From: Gracilinanus agilis
Lineage: Eukaryota
NCBI RefSeq assembly: GCF_016433145.1
Contig: NC_058133.1
Span: 250,998,629-251,062,628 of the forward strand
Length of the DNA: 64,000 nucleotides
Reading direction: 5' to 3'
Below the pieces are notes generated by a model. That model was not told where the DNA came from. It saw only the letters and a list, made by a program, of their open reading frames with translations, and did no database searches. Every line of letters starts with the position of its first letter. Position 1 is the first letter of the stretch. The translations under genes were made by a program, and so were the position numbers. Shown piece by piece: positions 50,177-62,700 of this stretch.

Positions 50177-51717
50177 TCCAAGCAGGTTTTAATTTCATTT
50201 TCTCTCCATCTTTTTGGACCTTTATCATTATAAGTTGCTTTTTTTCTGTATCTCTGGAACCTCTTTCCTCATTACCTTCCATCTATGGCCTTCTTTCTTC
50301 ACAAGGTTTTTTCATCTTCTACAGGTCTTTAAAAATATTTATTCATACTTTCATGGCTTCAATTGTCACCTCTGTTTTATAATGATAAAGACTCAAATCT
50401 ACATCTTCAGCCTAGACGGTTCATTCTATCTCCAGGCCTGTAGCTACTAAAAGTCCGTTTCCTCTTGATGGCCTACAGTTAATTCAAAGTTGACTTGTCT
50501 ACTGCCATATACATTATATGTCTCACAATTTGTGTTCCCACTCACACCACCTCTTTAGTGTCACTCAAGTTTAAAAGATTAGTCATCTCTTACTCTTTAT
50601 TCTTCTTTGTTCCTCCACCTCTACTCATCCAGCCTTGTAATATCCCTGATCCACTGCCACCTTATTCCTATTCTGTTGCAACCTAATTGGCATCACTGTC
50701 TCCAGGGTCTCTTCACTCCACTCTTTGCACATTAATCTTAAAATACAAGTTTTTATCAATTGTTCTCCACTGCCTTGAGGAAAATGTCCAAAGTCTTTAA
50801 TTTGATCCTCAAGGTCTCCTTGAATCTGACCCCAATTCCCTAACAGCCAAACTCAAGTTAATAAACTCTGCAATTCAGGTAGAGAAATCCACAGACTTCT
50901 CCCTCAACTTATGCCATGTTTATTCTTGCCTGCGTTAGGAGTATAGGAAGAAAGAGAAAGTAAGTTAAAGAGAGGGATCAAGAGAAAAGAGAAAAGGGGA
51001 GAGTGGGTGAGCAAGCAATAGGAGAGGGAATGTGAGAGGAAATGAGAGGGAGAGATTGTACCCAGAGATTTTGGAGAAGAGAGAGTATCTATTAGTTATA
51101 GATTGTGTTATGGTTTTGTAGGGATGTTATTACCAGAATTGTGAGTGTACATCTTAAACTTGAACCTCCTAAAGGCAGAAGCCACATCATTTCTTAAATC
51201 CTTTCAAGATTTCAGCAACCAGCATACAATTAGTGCTAGATATACACTGATTTTCCTCATTATTACAAAATTGTTAGATTTCTATAGTTGAATATTCTCT
51301 GTCCACTCTTCTCCATGGCCTGAGCTACAGTACATTAGAATGTAAGAACTAGAAAGATTCTGAGACATCACATTCATTTTCATTTCACTGAGGATGTAAT
51401 TTTCCCAAAGATGCCTTCCAAGATACTTCACTCTTAAGGCCTCATAAAGAATGCTTAAAGAAACTCTACCTCTTAATGAAAATGGATGAGTATTTACAAA
51501 AATATAAATTGCCTAAATGAGCAGAACAAGAAGTAGAATACTTAACTTTATTCTAGGAGAAAAAATTGGAATAAGTCATAAATGATCTCCCCAAGTGAAA
51601 AAAAACCTTTTGTATATGTATTGACAAATGAATTCTACCAAATATTTAAAGAACAAGGAATTTCTACATTACATAAACTGTTCTGAAAGCAGGTCCATCA
51701 AACTCTCTCTGTGACAT

Positions 51718-52501
51718 TGTGAAAATAGATAATGGAGGCACCAGGGATGTTATAATAAATCTAAATAGTTGTGGGTACACACACTGGGTTGTAGGAGAGA
51801 CTGGACCAGGATAGGAGACAAGAGTTCACTGGATTAACACAGGAATGGCAGTTGGACTTAAACCCAGCTCACCCTAGGCCGGGGTATATAGAATCAACAG
51901 GCAAGGTAAAGGTTTAGCAGTTTTAATTATGTTCAACTAAAAGGTGGGATAGGGATTTCTATACTTAAAATCTAAAGGGCAAAACCACAGGGCAAGGGGA
52001 GGACTTCCCTACTCTAATCTTAGTGATCTAAGCAGACGGGGCCAAAGGAGCAGTAATGGAGTCTCTGGGTGGCTGCTTCAGACCTGGTCCTGCCAGACTT
52101 GACCAACACAGCTAAGGGCTGAGGGTGGCTTTGGGGTTTCTCACAGTAATCCACAGATGATCTCTGGATGTCAAAAGCCAAGGTACCCAAATAGAGAGGG
52201 TATGCTTGAGATGCTGTCCACCAGATCCCAAACTTCTCCTCTTTCCTTGGTGCTGCTCTGTTGTTCTTGTCCCCTTGCTAGATGCCACCACCACACAGGA
52301 TCCCAGGGAAATCAGGATGCAAGGTGTCTTTTACTCTGAGATCTCCCAGGGCTAACAACAGTTTGTGCCAACCCCTAATGGAGTCTCTCTCAGGGCACAA
52401 GCCACTCCTTCCTGCTCCTTCATTCCATCTTGGAATGCTCCTGCCCTTCCTGTTAGGTCAACCTTAATCCTTAATTAATTTACTAACTAATCTTCCTCAC
52501 A
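51718..52501. mobile_element. Probable solo LTR inserted in the L1 fragment
   Basis: TGTGA...TCACA inverted termini and a compositional break from the flanking L1. TSD unclear. Confidence 0.65.
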
Positions 52502-53100
52502 ACAACATAAATATGATCTTGGCTACCAGAATGGAGGGAGAATTAAAACAAAGAAAGAAAATCATAAACCATTACCCTGAAGAACAGTGTTTTTATAATT
52601 TTACTAGCAAGGAGATTGCAGCAATATATCATAAAAATCACATCCTATGATCTGGCTAGATTTATGCCAGGAATATAAGACTGTTCCAACATTAAGAAAA
52701 TATTAAAGATAACCATATTTTGAAAACTCAACAAAAATAATATTTATTCCAATAGATGAAAAAAGTATTTTTGACAAAATACAGCATCCTTGATAAAAAC
52801 AAAAGAAAGCATAAAAATGGAGCTTTCCTTAAAATTATAAGTAGTATCTATCTAAAACCAAGAACAAGCATTTTCAATAATAAAGATAAGCTTTCTAAGA
52901 AGATCAGGGTGAAGCAAGAATGTCCATTATCACCATAATTATTCAATATTATAACAAAAACGCTAGCTATGGTAATGAGATAGTATCAGAAAATTGAAAG
53001 AATAAGTGTAGGCAAAGAGGAAACAAAAGTATTACTTTTTGCAGATGATATGATGATTTATTTAGAGAATCCTAGAGGGTTAACTAAAAGAATAAGCAAA

Positions 53101-53300
53101 GGGGCAGCTGATTGGCTCAGTGGATTGAGAGCCAGGCGTAGACAGGAGGTCCTGGGTTCAAATGTGGCTTCAGACTCTTCCTAGCTGTGTGACCCTGGGC
53201 AGGTCACTTAACCCCCATTGCCTAACCCTTACAACTCTTCTGTCTTGGAACCAAAACATACTATTGATACTAAGCTAGAAGGTAAGGGTTTAAAAAAATA
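53101..53300 (+). mobile_element. SINE1_Mdo-type SINE
   Basis: ggggcagctg...ggtaagggtttaaaaaaa. Confidence 0.85.
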
Positions 53301-53714
53301 AGTAAAACAATTTCATCAGGATTGTAGGATATAAAATAAACCCATGAATTATCAGCATTTCTACATATTCCCAACAAAATGTAACAAGAGGAAATAAAAA
53401 GAATAAAGGCACTTAAAATAGCTCCAGTAAATAAGTAAGTACTTGGGAGTCTACCTGCCCAGCTGCACACAGAAGCTATCTGAACATAATTACAAAACAC
53501 TTCACATAGAGACAGATCTAATTAATTGGAGAAATATTAATTATTTATTGATAGGCCAAGCCTTTATGATATAAGTCACCGTACTACCAAAATTAACTTA
53601 TTTAGTGCTAATACAATCAATCTACCAACAAATTACTTTCTAGAGCTAGAAAAACTATCAACAAAATTCATCTGGAAGAACAAATTAAGAACATTAGTTA
53701 AGAATATTAGAGGA

Positions 53715-53920
53715 GGGGCAGCTGGGTAGCTCAGTGGATTGAGAGCCAGGCCTAGAGACAGGAGGTCCTAGGTTCAAATCCGGCCTCAGACACTTCCCAG
53801 CTGTGTGACCCTGGGCAAGTCACTTGACCCCCATTGCCCACCCTTACCACTCTTCCACCTATAAGTCAATACACAGAAGCTAAGGGTTTAAAATTAAAAA
53901 AAAAAATTAAAAAAAAAAAG
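53715..53920 (+). mobile_element. Young SINE1_Mdo-type SINE with TSD
   Basis: Near-consensus body and A-tail; flanking repeat aagaatattagagga. Confidence 0.92.
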
Positions 53921-56880
53921 AATATTAGAGGAATCCATGAGAATTCATGTTAAGAATATTATAGGAATCCACGAGAAAAGAATAGGAAGGGGACCTAACA
54001 ATACTAGATCTTAAACTGACCTTAATTCTACAAAATTATAAACATCACAATCATTCAGTATGAGGAAAGAGAGAGATTGATCAATGGAATGCCACATATA
54101 GGAGCAAATGAGCACAATAATTTAATGATCGATAAGCCTGGTGCAAGAACCCAGTACTTGACAAAAACTATTGTGAAAATTGAAAAGTAATCTGGCAGAA
54201 ACTAGTCATAGATGAGCACTTCACATTGTATACCAAGACAAGCTCACAAAGCCTTCATGATTTAAAAAATAAATCAGGATGTCATAAGAAAATAATGGGG
54301 TATGGAAGAAATTGCCTTTCAGATCTATGGATAGGGGAAAAGTTCATGAACAAACAAGATAGATAAGAGGTAAAATATATAATTTTGATTACAAATTTTT
54401 TTAAATTTATAAGCAAAACCAGTGTAGCTAAAATTAGGAAAAAACCAAGAAATTCTTTTGGGGGGATCTTTGTAGGGATTTTTTTGATAACTACATCATT
54501 TCTGAAATTTTATATAGGGTCCTGAGTCAGATTTACAAGAGTCACTCCCCAAATGATAAATGGTCAAAGGTAAGTTTTCAGAAGAAGAAATCAAAGCTAT
54601 CAATAGCCATTTTAAGAACTGCTCCAAATCACCAGTAGATAAATACTAATTGAAACAGCCCTGAGGTATTACCTCATACCCAACAGATTGGTTAAGATTA
54701 CAAGAAAGGAAGAAACAAATACTGGAGAGGGTTGTGAACCCAGATAAACAATACATTCTGAGTGGAGGTAAGTATTCCATTTATTTTGGAAAGCAATTTA
54801 GAACTTGCCCCAAAGGCTATTAAACTGTGCATACCTTTCCACCCGCAATACCTCTAGTACCTCTGTACTCAGAAGAAGAAAAGGACCAGTATGTGAAAAA
54901 ATATTTATTGAAGCCCTCTTTTGTGGTGACATAGTTGAGTAGATAGATGCACTTCAGATGGGAAATGGCTGAGCAAGATATAGGTTGAAATGAATAGAAT
55001 AATATTAAACAGTCAAAAATCACAACAATTTCAGAAAAACCTAGGAAGACATATGAACTGATTCAAAGGAGAACGATTTAGACAATGACAGAAATAGAAA
55101 ATCAATAGTGAAAGACTTAGTACCTCCTAGCAACATAATTACCAGACTCAATTTTGGCTAACTCATGATGAAACATATTATCCACCTCTAGATAGAAAAA
55201 TAATGGATTCAGAGAACAGACAGGCAAAATTTCTTCTCTCAAAATTATGAACATGGCAAATGCAGAAAGTTGTTTTGCATGAATACATACTTGTAATGGG
55301 CTTTATTTTTCTTGCCTTTATGAAAGGGGGAAAGGAAAGAATTTGGAACTAAAAATTTTAGTTAAAAGAAACTGAAAATTCAGCTCTAACTGGATTTTAT
55401 TTCTAGAACACCAAAGAGGCAATCCTTTTCCTTAGGTTCAGTAGGGTGGAATGTGAAGAGTAGCTGTAAGGTAGGTTTGTGGGTACCTTGAAGATGGGGT
55501 GTATCTCTGGGAGGCACCTCATGGTGGCTATAGCAAATGCCTCAGCCACCAAATGGGTCTTCAGCAGATGTGCTTGTTACAGTTCATGTAGCTGGAAGTC
55601 AGAATTTTTGACCCAGGCCTTGGCCAGGAGCCAGGTGAGGGAGGGATCTGAGGACTGGAAGAGTGGTGGGACTGGAGAGCCAGAGCAGGGAGGCTGGAGC
55701 TGGAGGACAACAGAATCAATATAATTATATCCCTAGAAGAAAAAGGGACCTTAGAGGCCCAGAGGAGGTTAAATGACTTGTCCAAGATGAGACATCATCA
55801 GAGGCAGGAATGTGAACTCAAGGGCTTCTCTTCTAGTTACTGCTCTAAAAAATTGAACTATATGGGTAGGGTAGGCCATTAGATCTCTGTGAAGGAAGAG
55901 AGGTTGATGAAGCAGAGCAGAGAAGCCAGGTCTTCGTCCCAAGAAATGGGTTGGTGGGGAGGCAGTGGGATGAAGGATCAGGAAGCTAGGTAAAAGGATA
56001 CCTAGACTTCCTTACCTGAATGGCTATGGGTAGCAGCTTCCCATCAGGCTCCATCTTGAATATAACCAAGGGGGCAGCCAGATATTGTCTCTCCCCCTGG
56101 ATCACATTGGATTCCATCCAACAGGGAAAAATCAGCTTCAAACAGGCAGCCCTCCTGGGGAATAGATTAATCTGAGGTCAAGGATCAGAGGTTTATCAGA
56201 GAGAATCAAAATATCAGCATAAAGGATTAAAAGTCAAGTCCAGGGGGGTTAAGTGGGTAAATAGACACAAATACACACACAGAGATTCTTTTGGGGAGGA
56301 AGGGATAAAGGAAGAATGAAGGATGTAGATGTATTACTATCTTAACCAAATACAAAAGGACTGTGACAATGAGAATGAATGACAGTTGGGATCCAACTGC
56401 CAATTAGACTAAAACATCCAGGGATACCTTACTTCTACAGGGAAAAACACAATAGGAATAAAAAACATTTTTAATAGTTAATTTAAAATTAAAAGGGGTG
56501 GGAGAGGTCACACTACTCTAAAACACTATGGGATCAATTCAGGGTTAAAGGTAAAGGTCTAGGAAATCCCTACACTACACTACACTATGCAGGCCACCTG
56601 GAGGAAAGGAACTAATGGGATCTCATGTAGATGGTCTTGATCAGTAGCTCAAAATGTTTCAGTCCCAAGTATATTCCAAGAGCACAGGTTCCAGCCAAAT
56701 AACTCTTCAGAAAAGTCAGGGAGACTGATCTTGCTTGTCCACCAAACAAAACAATATTCTCAACCTGCTCTCCTTGATCCTACTAATTGAGATATTCCAG
56801 TTGTTGCTCAGAGATACCCAAAATCCACAGGCTCTCAGGTCGGTGGTTTCCCACCTCCTTCAAACCCTGCCCAACTGCCT

Positions 56881-56989
56881 TTTTATTTTTTTGAAAAGTT
56901 AACATGGTCACATAACTTATGCTCTTACTTTCCCCTTTACCCCACTGACTTCCCCCTCCCCCCCATGGCAGATGTGTATTTCCACTGGT
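56881..56989 (-). mobile_element. Extremely 5'-truncated L1 3' end (~105 bp) with a 14-bp TSD
   Basis: TSD ccaactgccttttt at 56871 and 56990; T-tail first, then L1 3'UTR-like sequence. Confidence 0.75.
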
Positions 56990-57109
56990 CCAACTGCCTT
57001 TTTAGAGAGTCCACTGTGTTCAGCCCCTTGCTGTGTTCCAGGTTGGAATCTCAGCTCCTGCCTGCCTGTCTAAACTTCCAAATCTGCTTTTTAAGTTTAT
57101 CTACAACGG

Positions 57110-57312
57110 GGAGCAGCTAGGTGGCTCAGTGTATTAAGAGGTAGGCCAAGAGACCAGAGGTCCTGGGTTCAAAACTGGCTTCAGACACTTCTAGTGGGAT
57201 CTTGGGCAAGTCACTTTATCCCTATTGCCTAGTCCTTAATGCTCTTCTGCCTTGGAACCAATATACAGTATTGGTTTTATGATGGCAGGTAATAGTTTAA
57301 AAAAAAAAAAAA
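57110..57312 (+). mobile_element. SINE1_Mdo-type SINE (older)
   Basis: gggagcagctaggtggctcagtg...A-tail. Confidence 0.8.
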
Positions 57313-60300
57313 GGCACCCTGGTTTTTAACTGAGACCCAGACCCACAGAATATGAAAACTAGGAAGTCTCTTAGAGACCATCTAGTCCAATATTCTTATT
57401 TTAGTGGGGAAAACTGAGGCCCAGAGAAATGAAATTACTTGTCTAGCATAACACAACTACTTCAGTACAGCAGGAATTAGAGACCAAATCTGCTGACTTC
57501 ATTTATTTTAGCAGTGTTCAACTCTTCATGACCCCATTTGAGGTGTTTGGTTTTTTTTTTTTTTTTTGTAAAGATATTGATGACAGTTTACCATTTCATT
57601 CTCTACCTCATATTACAGATGAGAGAATTGAGGCAAACAGGGTGAAGGGATTTATTCACACAACTAATAAGTAGCTAAGGCAAGATTTGAACTTGGGAAT
57701 ATGTGCCAACTAGCTGTCCCTGACTCCAGAGCTCTTTCTATTTATATTACACGGAGGCGTATTTAAGGACACTTTTGATTGGGTGGTCACGCTTCTCTTA
57801 GAAACTCCAAAACTATTTGATTTCCCTCTCTGATATAGTCTTCCTCCCCACCCAAACCTGCCATCTCCCTTCTTCCTTTCTCATTTCCAAAACAATTTTT
57901 TCTTTTTCCCCAAAAATATACTTTCTTACCTTTCGGTCTTCCCCTCTTCCAAACTCCCAAGCCCTTCACTCCCACCTATTCCAAGAAAATTTTCTTAAAA
58001 TTTGCTTTCTCTGAGTACTGAAATCCAGGACTCAGATCCATTTGGAGAGTCTACATTTGGGGGTTAATCTGTCCTGGTCTCCGTCTGTTTCCTCTTTCTC
58101 TGTCCAGTTTTTATTATTAATGTTATTGTTATTATTATTACTATTATTATTATTTTGTTATACTACAAGTTCCCCAAGAAAAAGACTAGTACAAAAATAG
58201 GGTCATTTTATTCTTATGATACTCTTTTTTGTGTTTTACATCATCTTTAAGATTCCTCCAGAATGAGGCTTTACTTAAGGAATAAATTCTACTGTTGACT
58301 CCCTCTTCCAATTGTGCTATCTTAATTGATCCTTGTTTTTTCCAGGATTTAGTTATAATTCCTCAGTTCTGAAAATCAAGTTATCCTTATAGCATTTCAA
58401 CCTATTCATTTCCCTAAACCTCAAGCAATGTGTTGTGTATGTTTAGGAATTCCCCTAACTTAAATTCCCTGTGTTCAGAAGGATGCTGCAAACGAAGAAA
58501 GACTAAAATAGAGAGGAGACCAAGAGGAGAGAGGCTACCTGGAACTTTCTTTCCAGCTGGATCTGAAGCTCCTCTGACCCTGAGGGGGATCACAAGTCTG
58601 GTGGGGAGTGAGGTGGATCTTCTCAGCAGTGTGGGGTTGGCCCCATTGAGAAACTGGTAGCCAAAAAAATCATCCTTCCAGGACTCATGCACCCTATCTG
58701 GGAGCAGAAAGAAGAGATCATAGCACCTCATGGGGCTCTCTAATCTAACTCTCCTCATAGTGCCAAGCATTTCAGACATCTCAATGCTCAGGACACCTTG
58801 TGGAGACAGGCCTCAAGTGTCACTTTTAGGGACACTTTTGGGTAAGATAGCCAGTGAAAAGGCAGCAGTGATAAGAGTATTTGCAGGTGGAAGTGAGGTG
58901 TTACTGAGATGGGGAGGAGTAGCAGAGATTGTCTCTGGATGGGTTATTAGAAAGGATCATCAAAGTTATGGAGTTGTTACTAACTGGCCACAGTGCTCTT
59001 GTGGTCCCAGAAGATTTGATCAAAATCTTCCAAACTTTTCCAGGAACTCAAGGGGGTGCCCACAAGTTTATGGGTCACTTCCATCAATCTGAGATAAGGA
59101 ATAAAGAAATTAAATGAAGAATTAGATGGTTGAATTCCCACTCTACCCTTGAGCCCCATATCTGCCATTGTGCTGAGGATCCCCGGTTTTTGCCTCTGTT
59201 CTCATTCCTACCCTACAGTCACTGCCCCATTAAAGTCAGTCTTCTTTTCCTCATGGAATCTCATATCCAGGGGAAGGTCTTTCTCTGATGTTGCATCCAC
59301 TGACAGGGGTATTCCTTTTATTGAAGTGACCCAGCTGGAGATCCATGAAACCAAAATCAATATATGAGTAAAGGGTTAAAAGTCAAGGATCAGTGGAGGT
59401 TAGAAGCTACTTAAGGGTCAAGAGTCACAGAGTAAATAAGATAGGACTCCGGAGTTTGAGCTACAGCCACTAAGAAGTCAGGGACAGGGGTATCACCGAT
59501 ATAATCTCCTTCTCTCTTCCAGCTCTTCTTCTCTGTGTTTCTGAAACAGGCCTTGGACATCCTTTCGCATCATCCAAGCTGGGAAGGCAGGGAAATAAAT
59601 TCTCACTTACATGCTCCATCTCCATGCATGTGTTCCCAGGCTGCTCACTATCCCCTGACTCCAGTTCACCAGTTTCCTGAATCTTATTCCCGTTTCCTAT
59701 TCCTCTGCCTCCATGTCCAGCCCATTTCCCATCCCTCTCTTTCCTCCTGCCCAGACTTAGGGCAAGTTTCCTGTTTTCCTGCATCCCTACCCCACTCTTC
59801 CTATCTCCTTCTTGCCTCTACTTCAGTTTTGTATGCTGTTTTTCTGTGCCCAACCCTCACTCACTCCCACATTTCCTGTTCTCCAAAACCATATTCCTCA
59901 CATTTTCTGTTCCAGTACCTTTATCCTCACCCATCTCTGTCACCAGCTCCCTAGAGTCACACATGCTACATTTATCTTCCTTGTGTCTTCAACTTCACCC
60001 AGGTAAAACTATTTTTTTGTCATGTAACTTTTCTTCCAGCTACCTCTACTTCTGTCCTTCTGTCTTCTTGCTATACTCTGACTTCCTTGTGCCTTCCTCT
60101 TCTTATGTCCTCTGTCTTCCTTATGATCCTTTCCTCAACTACTTCCTCCTATTTTTTAACTTTAAATCAATTCACACCTAATCTTTGGTCAAGTCACATT
60201 CCTTTAATGAGCCTCAGGTTTGTTTTTTTTCTTTTAAGTCAGGGCATTAATTTGGATGATCCCCAAACTCCCTTCCAGCCCTAAGACCTCTGCCCTCTCC

Positions 60301-61439
60301 CTGCCTCAGCCTCCACCCTTCTTACCAGTGGCTACAGGCAGGCAGATGATGCCATCTCCCTGCACCCATCTATAGCAGGGGAACAGTATCTCCTTCTCCT
60401 CCTCCATGCTCTTCTCAAAGACCCAAACAGTTATGTGGTTGCAGAACCAGGCATCCTTCATGAGGAGGTGTATTTTCTGGAGCTTCACAAACAGGAGGGG
60501 ACCCAGGTCTTCTGAGACATCAACCTCAAAATCCTCCATCTAGGGTTGGAGTGGAGGAGAAGGTAGGAGAACCAGGAAGTAGAAAACTGATTGTAGTTCA
60601 CAGAATCAAGTCTTGTTTCCATTTTAAAGATGAAGAACCTGAAGCTTCAGAGGGAAAGGAACTTGCCTAATGTGATAAATATGGGGAGATATAAACCTAG
60701 GTCTTTTGACCTTAAGACACTGCCTGGGTATGGAGGTATAGAAAAGAAACTAACTTTACTCTGCACCTCACTGCCCATGCACACTCTTCACAAAATCTCA
60801 GAATTGGAAGGAGTCTGAGGCCATTTACTCCAACCTATACTTAGAGAAGAAACAAGTCACCTTTAGTTCAACAGAGGTAGTTACACTTGGGCAGGGTACT
60901 AAGTTACAAAAATGAATTGTTTCTGTCTCCAGGGAGCTTGTTATCAAGGGGATACAACATGATATGTAAATACAAACATTTTTTTAGGGGGGAAAGGAGA
61001 CTAAGAACAGTCTCATGTAAGAGTTGGCACCTGAGCTGAGCCTTGAAGGAAGCTGGGGATTTTCAGGTTGGCCTGGAGCAAGGAACATGAGCAGGTATTT
61101 GGACCTTGGGTACAGTCTGGGTACCACCTCCCCAACCAGCACTCATCCAGCCTTTGCTTGAACACTTAGAGTCAAAGGGAACCCACTGCTTCTGAAGGCA
61201 GCACATTACCCTTTGGGATTTTGCTCATTGTTATGGAGTTTTCCTTCCCATTAGTCCTAAATTCATTTTTTTGTTTCTTTTATCCATTCCATCTAATTCT
61301 GCTGCTGTGGTTCAACAAAATGTGGTTCCTGCCTTGGAACCAATCCACAGTATTGATTATAAGATGGAAGGTAAGGATTATAAAATAAAGAAGTAGAGTA
61401 AGAAGAAACTAAATAATTAAACTTACATTAAAAAAAATG

Positions 61440-61640
61440 GGGGCAGCTGGGTAGCTCAGTGGAGTGAGAGTTGGGCCTAGAGACAGGAGGTCCTAGGTTC
61501 AAACCCGGCCTCAGCCACTTCCCAGCTATGTGACCCTGGGCAAGTCACTTGACCCCCATTGCCCACCCTTACCAATCTTCCACCTATGAGACAATGCACT
61601 GAAGTACAAGGGTTTAAAAAAAAAAAAAAGAAGAGAAAAA
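61440..61640 (+). mobile_element. Young SINE1_Mdo-type SINE
   Basis: ggggcagctgggtagctcagtgg...agggtttaaaaaaaaaaaaa. Confidence 0.9.
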
Positions 61641-62516
61641 AAAAAGCTCCTACACATCTCCCTTTGTCTCTTCTTCTAGAGGCTTTGTGTCCCAGTTCTG
61701 TAACTGATCCTTCCATGATTTGTATATAGTTGGTTTTTTATCAGCCCAATTCTGGACTTTGCCTTTCTTCCTGTGGCCTAAAATCACATTAGATCTTCTA
61801 GTCGGCCCCTCACACTTTTGGTCTCTCATTGAGCTTGCTGTCCAGGTTTGCATATGAACTAACTTTTATCCATACCTCCCTAGTTTGGTACTCGTTAAGT
61901 TGATTATTTCAAGATAAATGTAGTTTTATATTTTTCGCTGTTAAGTGACATCTTACTAGCTTTATCCCAGGGTTCTAGTCTGACAAGACTTCTTGAAACC
62001 TCTTCTCAAATTGTTATCTTGCCCTCTAAGTTTTGTAGCATCATCAGTTTGATAAGCATCCATTTTGGGGGCCCTTTTTCTAGCCTAAAATTTTAAGACA
62101 AAAATCAGTTATTTACACTTAGACAACAAAGACCAGATTCTCATCTTCTGCCCCTGAGAGCCACTGTCAGATAAGGATGTGATGAATATTCCTCCTAGCA
62201 TTGGAGGTATTCAAGCACAAATGACTCCTTACTCCCCTGTTTGATCTTGGGCTTCAGTTTCCTCATTTTCAAAGTGAAGGAGGTAGATTAGACAAACATA
62301 GTGTAAAGATGTGGTTGTTACTTCCTATTTTGTCAACTGAATTAAATCTTTCAAGTTGCTTCTGTCTCTAATAGTCTATTTACCCATTAGATATGCTGTG
62401 GGGTGATGTCTGGGATTGGTAGTAGGGATCCTTTCAAATAAATATGTTGATATTTATTTAAATGACATAGTTTTATGAAAGGCATCTTTTTTTTTTTTTT
62501 AACCCATACCTTGAAG

Positions 62517-62700
62517 GTAGCTAGGTGGCTTAGTGGATAGAAAGCCAGTCTTAGAGATAGGAAATCCTGGGTTCAAATTTGGCTTTAGATACTTCCTAGC
62601 TGTGTGACCCTGGGCAAGTCATTTAACCCTAATTGCCTGGTCCTTCTCTTCTGCCTAGGAACCCATACTTAGTATCCATTCTGAGAGAGAAGGTAAGGAT
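62517..62700 (+). mobile_element. SINE1_Mdo/MAR-type SINE (older)
   Basis: gtagctaggtggcttagtggatag...ggtaagg. Confidence 0.75.

Larger units (their letters stand above)
51400..55400 (+). mobile_element. Degenerate LINE-1 ORF2/3' fragment with nested LTR and SINE insertions (pseudogene intron 8)
   Basis: A-rich L1-like text; RT core ttgcagatgatatg (ADDM) at ~53039. This intron is 6.0 kb versus 2.1 kb in copy A. Confidence 0.8.
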
